Source: Octopus sinensis
Lineage: Eukaryota
DNA: 8,898 nt
Direction of reading: 5' to 3'
NCBI RefSeq assembly: GCF_006345805.1
Contig: NW_021828259.1
Span: 1 to 8,898 of the forward strand
Part shown: positions 1 through 7,616 of the stretch, piece by piece
Position numbering within the stretch: position 1 is the stretch's first letter
How the letters are laid out: each line of letters starts with the position of its first letter
Made by a program: the position numbers and the translations under genes
Notes under the pieces: generated by a model
What the model was told of the DNA's origin: nothing
Databases searched by the model: none
What the model saw: only the letters and a program-made list of their open reading frames with translations

Positions 1-662
1 AAACACCAACCACCGTTGAGAGCAGTAGTAACAATAGCGAACAACCACTACCAGTACCATCCTCATCAGCATCACTACTAACAAGACCAATAGCAGCAAC
101 AACACCACCATCGACCCCACAACCCCTAACGCCACCACCACCAACAACAACAACACGGACACTCCCAACACCATCACCACAACCATGAGCGTCAACGACA
201 CCACTACTACCACAGCCAATACCACAACCACCGCCAACAACATCAACAGCAATAACGACTACGACCATCACCACCACCACCACTACCACCACCACCACCA
301 CCACTGCCACCACCACCAACACCATCACCGTCGTCGTCCGTTATCAAATGCAAATCTTAATTTCATTTCCTCCCTCTCCCTTAGTCGCCTACCTCCCACT
401 CCCACTCCTCCATTGTCTTTTCTTTATATCATTGTGTTGTTGTTATCACGGCCATCACTCGTCTCTCCAGAGCACACACCACCACCACCACCACCACCAC
501 CACCACAACACCACCACCACAACCACCACCACCACAACCACCACCACACGCCATCACTATCGTCATCATCATCATTATCATCATCACCATCATCACCGCT
601 ACTATCATCATCATTGTCACCTTCGTCGACGACATCATCGTCGTCATCACCATCATCATCAG
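1..662. repeat. Compound degenerate trinucleotide microsatellite field (CAC/CAA/AAC, then CAC and CAT)
   Basis: Seen in sequence: C/A-rich triplet runs throughout, (CAC)10 at 477-506 and CAT/CGT-type triplets at ~555-660, with a pyrimidine-rich spacer at ~345-470. This explains the poly-H/T/P/S/D ORFs. Confidence 0.9.
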
Positions 663-673
663 CCAGCATTAAT

Positions 674-835
674 GGTCGCAGATGTGGTTGGGTGGTTAAA
701 AATTTTGCTTCCAAGCAACGTTGTTCTGGGTTCGATCCCATTGTGAGAAACGTTAGCCAAATACCTTTTACGAAAACACCTTAGACTGATCAGGGCATTG
801 CGACTAAAATTTTGGTAGATAGAATCCATGTAGAA
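674..835 (+). mobile_element. Diverged 5' half of a tRNA-derived SINE (family A head)
   Basis: Seen: A-box-like TGGTTGGGTGGTTAA (685-699) and B-box GGTTCGATCCC (729-739). AATTTTGGTAGATAGAATCCATG (~808-830) resembles the reverse complement of 2738-2760. The family match to an octopus SINE is from recalled consensus. Confidence 0.7.
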
Positions 836-1035
836 TCGAAATGGAATATTGTTGTGTGGTGGACTTCATCCGTTTCCCGATATAACACCATCACTTGGCC
901 CTTGGGTGTCCTTTCGAAGTATTCGTGGGCCCATTTTCCTCGTGTGAGTAGAACTCGAGATGGTCAGAGCACCTCACCAAAGTGTGGCCCTAACACTAAC
1001 TTTTATTCACCCTCCCTTACCTCAAACTTTTCATC

Positions 1036-1114
1036 AAGGACGAAATGCGAAGTTGTCCCTTGACACGATTTGAACTCAGAATGTAATTTGTCGGAACTAA
1101 TACCGTCAGACATT
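1036..1114 (-). mobile_element. Diverged fragment of SINE family C, including its B-box
   Basis: Seen: AAGGACGAAATGCGAAGTTGTCCCTTGACACGATTT (1036-1071) aligns with AAGGATGAAAGGCAAAGTCGACCTCGGCGGAATTT (2030-2064). The minus strand reads GAGTTCAAATC (B-box) at 1067-1077. Confidence 0.7.
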
Positions 1115-1160
1115 ACAGGTGACATTGGAACAATTTGATTAAATAATACTTATGTGATTA

Positions 1161-1238
1161 AATAATATATAAATATATGCATGTATACATACATATATGT
1201 ACATACATACATCTACATGTATATATACATGCATATAT
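1161..1238. repeat. AT/ATAC/ATGT microsatellite
   Basis: Seen in sequence: alternating purine-pyrimidine run of ATAT, ATAC and ATGT units. Confidence 0.85.
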
Positions 1239-1239
1239 C

Positions 1240-1388
1240 GGTACAGGACATCAAAAAACGTTGAACACAATGAGAAACGAAAACATGGAAACGGACTTTT
1301 TATTCAAACAACGAAAAAACAGAGTACAAGACATACAACACAAGGAATATTCCCCTTCTTCAGTTGTCCCTGTTTCGTCTACTCCACG
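1240..1388. mobile_element. Interspersed repeat fragment of unknown class abutting a microsatellite, cut off by the adjacent SINE
   Basis: GGTACAGGACATCAAAAAACG...TCTTCAGTTGTCCCTGTTTCGTCTACTCC resembles a microsatellite-associated octopus repeat that I recall. There is no second copy in the window, so this rests on memory. Confidence 0.4.
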
Positions 1389-1592
1389 TTTGTTTGTGTG
1401 TCTGTTTGTCCCCTCATCATCGCTTGACAACCGATGCTGGTGTATTCATGTCCCTGCAACTTAGCGGTTCGGCAAAAGAGACCGATAGAATAAGTACTAG
1501 GCTTACAAAGAATAAGTCCTGGGGCCGATTTGCTCGACTAAAGGCGGTGCTACAGCATGACGAAAACAAGCAATAGAATAAAAGAATAAAAG
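1388..1592 (+). mobile_element. Well-preserved 3' half of SINE family A (5'-truncated) with tandem tail
   Basis: CATCGCTTGACAACCGATGCTGG...CTTAGCGGTTCGGCAAAAGAGACCGATAGAATAAGTACTAGGCTTACAAAGAATAAGTCCTGGGGCCGATTTGCTCGACTAAAGGCGGTGCT matches an abundant octopus SINE as I recall it. Seen: it ends in (AGAATAAA)2AG at 1575-1592, and it shares two blocks with 1977-2022 on the opposite strand. Confidence 0.8.
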
Positions 1593-1596
1593 GAGC

Positions 1597-1650
1597 TTCT
1601 ATGCGATCACTCGACCTGCTAAAAATGGCAGCCAAATCTTTGTCAAACCA
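1597..1650 (+). mobile_element. Short fragment of an older SINE (family D)
   Basis: Seen: ungapped 37/54 identity to 3471-3524, including the shared CAGCCAAATCT. Confidence 0.65.
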
Positions 1651-1932
1651 TTTAGAAATAGAGCAGATACACGAGACAATATAGTCCTTCCTTTCTTGCA
1701 CCATTAGATTAATAAAGACCACTGGCGACCAAGTTCCGTGTACCAGGCAAAGAATTCCCGTGGGAGAATGCAAATATGGGTTCCACTGACTTCCACCATT
1801 CTGTCAGCAAGATGAGCACAAGTCCATCCCATCTACTTGGGTACACAGAACATTAAAAAGAAACTGGAATATACACCACAAAGAATTTTGTCTGACACTA
1901 AGAATTTCATCACTTCATCGTCCCCAAATATC

Positions 1933-2068
1933 CTTTTCTACTCTAGGCACAAGGCCCGAAATTTGGGGAGGATGGCAGTCGATTAGATCGACTCCAGTAC
2001 GCAACTGGTACTTAATTTATCGACCCCGAAAGGATGAAAGGCAAAGTCGACCTCGGCGGAATTTTAAG
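1933..2068 (-). mobile_element. 5'-truncated SINE (family C) with a perfect 15-bp target-site duplication
   Basis: Seen: TCGTCCCCAAATATC at 1918-1932 and 2069-2083 flanks a 136-bp insert. It is homologous to 1036-1071, whose B-box fixes the minus-strand orientation; truncation falls at the B-box. Internal hairpins are GTCGAT-TAG-ATCGAC (1978-1992) and CCAGT-ACGCA-ACTGG (1994-2008). Confidence 0.9.
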
Positions 2069-2737
2069 TCGTCCCCAAATATCACTAAAAGAAAAAAGTT
2101 GGGTTAGTCACAATTAGAATAATTCTGATTTGAAGTTTACTGGCTCCGAGAAAATCTGGGACTAAACAGCGATTTCGATAGCCGTTACTTGTCAAGTAAA
2201 TAAAAGTGTAAGATGCAGGAGAGGTTGGTAGAGGGACAGAGACCAGTTAGTCACATGTAAAATCATAACAACTATATTTGTCTGTAGAGTTGTATTATGT
2301 TTTATAGCAGAGAAATAGTCTTGAAAACATATTTAGTTAGCAAAATATTAATATTTCGATAATGGCTGCAAACATTACCATTTTGTGCTAAAGCTAAATA
2401 TATTTGAAACATTATTCCAATGATAGAAAGATTAAATATGATCGAACACAGAGAAATAATCGATATTGCTGATAGACATGTAGTATAGCGATACATGTGA
2501 AGTTATTTAGTGAAAATATCGTTGGATGTACAGAAAAAAATTGGTTTGGTTGACACCGTAGCCATGTGACCATACTTTCGCCTGAGGAAATGACTTCTGG
2601 GCAGCAGTGTTGTCGCCTTTAACGTAGCAAATAATAAAACAGAGAGGAGGAACTCAAGAAAGTAATGATAAACACGGAAAGTGTCTGGAATTTCGAACAG
2701 AAAGGTGGTTCTATCCGAAACGTTAGATCTCCCTTCC

Positions 2738-2867
2738 ATGCAGTTTCTGTCAACCAAATTCCACTGAAAATGTCTTGGTCAACTAACAAGAGACCACAGT
2801 ATAACACATTTGGCCCAAGATGTCACACGAGGAAGTCAAACACGAAATCATGCGAGGAACCAAACTC
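2738..2867 (-). mobile_element. Diverged 5' half of SINE family A, inverted relative to 674-835
   Basis: Seen: CATGCAGTTTCTGTCAACCAAATT is near the reverse complement of ~808-830. TTTGGCCCAAGATGTCACAC and the downstream part match the recalled antisense consensus (TTGCCCAAGGTGCCAC). Confidence 0.65.
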
Positions 2868-3470
2868 TTTTTTTTTTTTTCACTAAAGATATCAACAAAT
2901 TTCGAACTTAAAATCTTGATATTTTTCACTTCGAGTCACACATAATTGTCTTAAATAAGGCCACATCACCTGAAAAAGGCAATGGTTGATAACGAATGAA
3001 GTGCCTTTTGTCATATATTAGCCCAATCAGGGCCGGCGTTAAACTAAAGAAAAATAAGAAAAACTCTCTTTATATAATTGTCATCAGTGTATCATAGTAA
3101 ATGTATACATACCATTAGAAGGCATGATGTCGAGGAATTGTCTGAGATAAACAAATCTCTTTATAGACTTAACGTATTAAAGCTTTTCTAAATTCATTGC
3201 AATACTGGAAACTCCTCCGTATCGTCAGCCGGTATTTCAGGGTCACAAGCGTTTCACTCATTGGCCTGTACGTTTCCCTTGAGTGGAGCAGCATGGACTA
3301 ACCAAGACTTTACCTTAGGAATGGTTCCACTCTTTAAATACAAAACTATATAATTACATTTATAGAGAGAAGACGATTCCTACACACGCCTGAACACCCT
3401 TTCTCTTCCATCTATTCTCTTCTGGTGTGAATCTTGTCTCTGCCCTTCTCCCTTCTACCAACAAGAGAAC

Positions 3471-4021
3471 CTCTATGTAGTCTCTCAGCTTACAAGAAAT
3501 AACAGCCAAATCTCCTTCAAATCAAATCCAACTAAATTCAAAAGGGGCATATACTCTTAGATAGTGGAGGCGCAATGGCCCAGTGGTTAGGGCAGCGGAC
3601 TCGTTGTCGTAGGATCGCGGTTTCGATTCCCAGACCGGGCGTTGTGAGTGTTTATTAAGTGGTAACACCAAAAGATCCACACGAGTCCCCGGCAGGGGGG
3701 GGGTGAACTTTCACCCTTTCTTCCTGTTTCTGTTGTACCTGTATTTCAAAGGGCCAGCTTTGTCACACACTGTGTCACGCTGAATCTCCCCTGAGAACTA
3801 CGTTAAGTGTACACGTGTCTGCGGAGTGCTCAGCCACTTGCACGTCAATTTCACGAGCAGGCTGTTTCCGTTGATCGGATCAACTGGAACCGTCGTCGTC
3901 GTAACCGACGGAGTGCCACTCTTCGATAATAAAGATGCCTCATAAAATAAAGATCAGATGGTCACAGCTGCAATGGTTTTGATCATAGCTTTACTTGATC
4001 AGAACTGACCTGTGGCTAAAC
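3471..4021 (+). mobile_element. Older SINE (family D) 3' portion, split by the younger SINE into 3471-3565 and 3918-4021
   Basis: The left piece is homologous to 1597-1650 (seen). The right piece GATGGTCACAGCTGCAATGGTTTTGATCATAG...GATCAGAACTGACCTGTGGCTAAA matches the recalled 3' tail of the same octopus family. Joining the two pieces into one element is inference. Confidence 0.55.
3566..3917 (+). mobile_element. Full-length young tRNA-derived SINE (family B, tRNA-Arg-like head) with 13-bp TSD
   Basis: Seen: A-box TGGCCCAGTGGTTAG (3576-3590), B-box GGTTTCGATTCCC (3619-3631), TSD ACTCTTAGATAGT (3553-3565) / ACTCTTCGATAAT (3918-3930) at 11/13, and 3' stem-loops. It may belong to the octopus OR-type tRNA-Arg SINEs (unverified). 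Confidence 0.9.
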
Positions 4022-4206
4022 CACAAGCTCTCCCCCCCCACCCCACCTCCCCCCGCCACTCCACTATACGTATATCCGTCATCTTTGAACCAACCTCACT
4101 TCTGATAACCCAATCTTTATGTTTGCTCTCAAAGAGAAGCGTTCTAGAATATTCTTTTCCTCAAATGTTTCAGCCATGTTGTAAATCTCTAAAACACTTT
4201 ACCTAA

Positions 4207-4230
4207 CCCCCACCCCCACCCCCCCACCCC
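4207..4230 (-). other. Canonical G-quadruplex-forming sequence
   Basis: Seen: the minus strand reads GGGG-T-GGGGGGG-T-GGGGG-T-GGGGG (four G-tracts with 1-nt loops). A second C-tract cluster lies at 4032-4057. Confidence 0.7.
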
Positions 4231-4324
4231 GACCAACCTCTCCCCACCCCTAAACCGAACTAACCCGACACCGGCCCAATTTATCTTTTTTAAAACCAAC
4301 TCTTATTCTTTCTTCGGGTTACAG

Positions 4325-4502
4325 TGTTGTTGCTGTTGTTGTCCTATGCTGCTGCTGCTGCTGCTGCTGTTCTTGTTCTTGTTGCTGCTGTTGTTGTTGT
4401 TGGTCTTAATAGTCGTTGTTGTCTTCGAGTAGTATTTATGGTTTTTATTGTTCCTGCTCCGTTATAGTACTGTTTATGGTAGCCGATGATGTTGCTGCTA
4501 TG

Positions 4503-4535
<33 letters not shown>

Positions 4536-4620
4536 ATCGTTCATATGTTTGTAGCGTTGTCTATCGATGATGTTGTTGCCATTGCTGCTGTAGTTATTTT
4601 TCTCGATATTGTTGTTGTCG
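4325..4620. repeat. Compound trinucleotide microsatellite (GTT/GCT/GAT)
   Basis: Seen: (GCT)7 at 4348-4368 and (TTG)10 at 4504-4533 among degenerate triplets. Confidence 0.9.
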
Positions 4621-4739
4621 GGACCAGAAGGTCATCTAGTGTCCGATACCTCTACACAGTAAGTATTTTGCCCTTGTGCCCTCCACCATCACTCTCAAAT
4701 CCTTCACTCCCTCAACGGCACTTCTTTTTATTTCCAACA

Positions 4740-4825
4740 CGCCATCTTGCCAAACAAGCTTCCATTTGTTTCTAGTCTCTCTCCTCGTTCGTTTGTTCGT
4801 TACATACTTTCTCAAAATGGCCGCC
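4740..4825. promoter_or_regulatory. Divergent pair of YY1-type motifs (candidate promoter core)
   Basis: Seen: CAAGATGGCG on the minus strand (4740-4749) and CAAAATGGCCGCC on the plus strand (4813-4825). The similarity to the YY1 consensus CAAGATGGCGGC is established knowledge; function here is inference. Confidence 0.35.
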
Positions 4826-5235
4826 AACGAAAGACAAAAACAAGCAAAACGATTAGAAACACTGATACGAAACAGACGATGATTTACGATGTATCTTATT
4901 ATATACGTCAGCCATTATTTTTTCTTTACCTTTTCTTTTTTTTTACCAAATATTTGCACGGGATAACCAACACATTGACTGCTATTGCTGCCACATTTAA
5001 TATTACACGAGCCTTCCTATATCACATTTATAAGAATCTGTTTAATATCTACGGCAAAACTTACGTATAACAAACAGCTTAATACCGTATTTCTTTCGCG
5101 AATCCTCCCTCATTCCCCACAAACACCGCCACCACGTCGCTTCCTTTCTTTGTTTCATTTGTATCCTTTTCATTAGCTTTTATTGTTGTTGTATTTGTCT
5201 TTATGGTTTCTTGTTCGGTTTTTGTTTCCCTCCAA

Positions 5236-5284
5236 AACCAATCAGCCAGTCTCCCCCCACACACACTTTCCCCACCAGCCAATT
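5236..5284 (+). promoter_or_regulatory. Two co-oriented CCAAT (NF-Y-type) boxes 41 bp apart
   Basis: Seen: AACCAATCAGC (5236-5246) and AGCCAATT (5277-5284). Short motifs, so chance occurrence is possible. Confidence 0.25.
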
Positions 5285-5447
5285 CTTCAAATCCTTTCCT
5301 ACATATTAAGTAAACACAGCTCTCTTTATCTCAACACTCTTTTAACGAATAAGCAAATACGATGTACAGTAAATCACCTCTTTATAACTTCAACTACAGC
5401 GAATCGCTGCCTGATCAATACGCTTTATAGCCTCCAATGGACAGTTT

Positions 5448-5479
5448 TATACATACATACACACATATATACATACATG

Positions 5480-5522
<43 letters not shown>

Positions 5523-5572
5523 TATATACAAACATACATTTATATACATATATATATATATATGTATGTATG

Positions 5573-5614
<42 letters not shown>

Positions 5615-5648
5615 CATATATACATATATATATATATATGCATATATG

Positions 5649-5679
<31 letters not shown>

Positions 5680-5684
5680 ATGTA
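5448..5684. repeat. (CA)n-(TA)n-(TG)n compound microsatellite
   Basis: Seen: (CA)11 at 5480-5501, TA/TATG runs, and (TG)10 at 5659-5678. Confidence 0.95.
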
Positions 5685-5800
5685 TGGTCCGGACCAGGGA
5701 GAGGCTTACGTTGCGTTGGCAGAGGGGAGCGGGACAAGTTTGAGATGCGGTGGGAAGATGAGAAAGTCGAAATATATCTATAAAGTACCAATTTGAAAAT

Positions 5801-6000
5801 GTGTGTACATACGAATATATACTCACGCGTGTATACACACAAATACATTCGTGTGCGTACGTATACAAATATACGTGTATACGTGTACATGCTGACTCGC
5901 GCATAAGTGTTTGTGTATTATATATATATATGTGTGTATATGTGTGTGTGTTGGTGTGTGAGGGTATCTGTGAGTGTGTGAACATGTGTGTATGTATATG
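5801..6000. repeat. Degenerate alternating purine-pyrimidine tract (TG/TA/CG)
   Basis: Seen in sequence, e.g. CACGCGTGTATACACAC and GTGTGCGTACGTATAC. Confidence 0.75.
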
Positions 6001-6079
6001 AATGCGTATAAATAATATCTATATAAATGTATAAGTATTTTTCGGTTGTTACATATACGAAAGCTACACACATCACGCA

Positions 6080-6204
6080 CATAGACACAAATATACACAC
6101 ACACACATACACATATATATATATATATTATTATATTATATACATTCACACACACATATACATACATAGATATATATACATATATATATATATGTATGTA
6201 TATA

Positions 6205-6262
<58 letters not shown>

Positions 6263-6302
6263 CATGTATACATAATATATATACATATATATATATACAT
6301 GT

Positions 6303-6352
<50 letters not shown>

Positions 6353-6399
6353 CATAATATATAATATATGTGGTGTGTGTGTGTGTGTGTGTGTGTGTC
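6080..6399. repeat. (CA)n-(TA)n-(TG)n compound microsatellite
   Basis: Seen: AC runs near 6095-6112, long TA runs to ~6350, and a GT run at 6373-6398. Confidence 0.95.
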
Positions 6400-6762
6400 T
6401 TTAGGAATATATGTACTTGTTACGCTTATATAGCTGAGTACTCAATATATATGTATGATAGAGTCTCTACATTCCTTACATTCTGAAATATTTTTCTGCA
6501 GCCACTCAGAGTTTCACGTATGACCTTTACCCTGAAGTTGTTTACTCCGGAATTTTCAAAAAGGAAAATAGATATGAAGTCAAAAGGATGCTGGGGAAAA
6601 TATTTTTTTTTAATTTTAAATTGACAAAAGCACGTGGCGATGGAGTTTGTACAAAGACAAAATGAACTACTTACGAAAAAATATTTAAAACACTGCGCAG
6701 TGAGACACACAGACATATTCATAGATATACAGACTCTCAACAAAGACCGAGTCATTCATATT

Positions 6763-6780
6763 GTATATACACACACACAC

Positions 6781-6826
<46 letters not shown>

Positions 6827-6840
6827 CACACATATATATA

Positions 6841-6894
<54 letters not shown>

Positions 6895-6900
6895 TATATA
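6763..6900. repeat. TA/CA microsatellite
   Basis: Seen in sequence. Confidence 0.95.
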
Positions 6901-6943
6901 TTATTGAGTACTTTTTTCAGCTTTATAAACGAAAGAAGTAAAG

Positions 6944-7187
6944 TACATACATGCATACAACATATATGAGTATATTATATATATATATATATATTATATA
7001 TATATATATATATATATGTATACATATATATATATATACATACATACATGCATACATACATATATATATATGAGTATATATATATATACATACATACATA
7101 TATGAGTATATATATATATATATATATAATATATTATATATATATATTATATATATATTATAAATCCAAAATAAACATACACACACA
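6944..7187. repeat. TA/TACA microsatellite
   Basis: Seen in sequence, with a recurring ATATGAGTATAT unit near 6964, 7069 and 7101. Confidence 0.9.
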
Positions 7188-7352
7188 TGTAGGCAGATGG
7201 ACTGGCTCCTGCAGACCAATATATTGAGACGGACGTACGTACACCAAGTATACTGATATCGTTTCAGGTACATACAGGTGTACTACCACACGAATGATAT
7301 CACATGCAAACGTATTCAAACATTCGAAGACAAGCACAAACACTGCTACCCT

Positions 7353-7616
7353 CACAAATACATACACCATACACACACACACATATAAGCACACACAAAC
7401 GCATACATGCACGCACACACACACACATGCACGCACACGCAAACACACACACATGTATGCACATATAGATACACACATGCACGCACACACAAACACACAC
7501 ATGCACGCACATACGCATACACACACACACATGCACGCACACACAAACGCACACATGCATGCACATACACGTACAAACACACATGCACACATGCGCACAC
7601 GCATACACACACGCAC
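7353..7616. repeat. CA-based microsatellite with a ~24-bp higher-order unit
   Basis: Seen: CATGCACGCAC at 7406, 7426, 7476, 7500 and 7530, with variants at 7452, 7554 and 7582. Confidence 0.9.

Noticed and set aside
3-188. Stop-free Pro/Ser/Thr-rich frame from the window start (TPTTVESSSNNSEQPLPVPSS...)
   Set aside because: It could be the end of a coding exon, but is expected from composition alone and has no homology evidence. As I read it, one block in the row starting at 121 shows only nine letters, so frame continuity near 151-160 is uncertain.
185-784. 199-aa His/Pro/Ser-rich ORF and overlapping ORFs
   Set aside because: T-poor triplet repeats lack stops in several frames at once. The C-terminal part reads into a SINE head, and no domain is recognisable.
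1345-1380. Hammerhead core CTGAAGA on the minus strand
   Set aside because: No GAAA follows helix II. The upstream GAAA is only 9 nt away, too short for helices III and I.
2690-2730. Hammerhead-like CCGAAACGTTAG
   Set aside because: There is no CTGANGA upstream and no GTH cleavage triplet.
3021-3030. CCAAT box GCCCAATCAG
   Set aside because: It is isolated, and the context resembles a decayed family D SINE tail (GATCAGGGCTGACC...CTAAA).
3075-3200. RT-like words on the minus strand (EFRKA, YTDD)
   Set aside because: It needs a frameshift and a stop read-through, the spacing is far too short, and no QG motif lies between them. Probably chance.
3566-3640. Possible tRNA gene
   Set aside because: A and B boxes are present, but there is no complete cloverleaf or oligo-T terminator. 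The sequence continues as a SINE body with TSDs.
4202-4266. Telomere-like CCTAAC words (also near 2101 and 7998)
   Set aside because: Only isolated single units occur, with no tandem TTAGGG array.
4344-4632. Asn-rich minus-strand reading frame (…MNDNNNN…AAAAAAA)
   Set aside because: The repeat phase drifts between N, T, A and Q frames, as in a neutral microsatellite. There is an upstream in-frame stop and no good splice donor.
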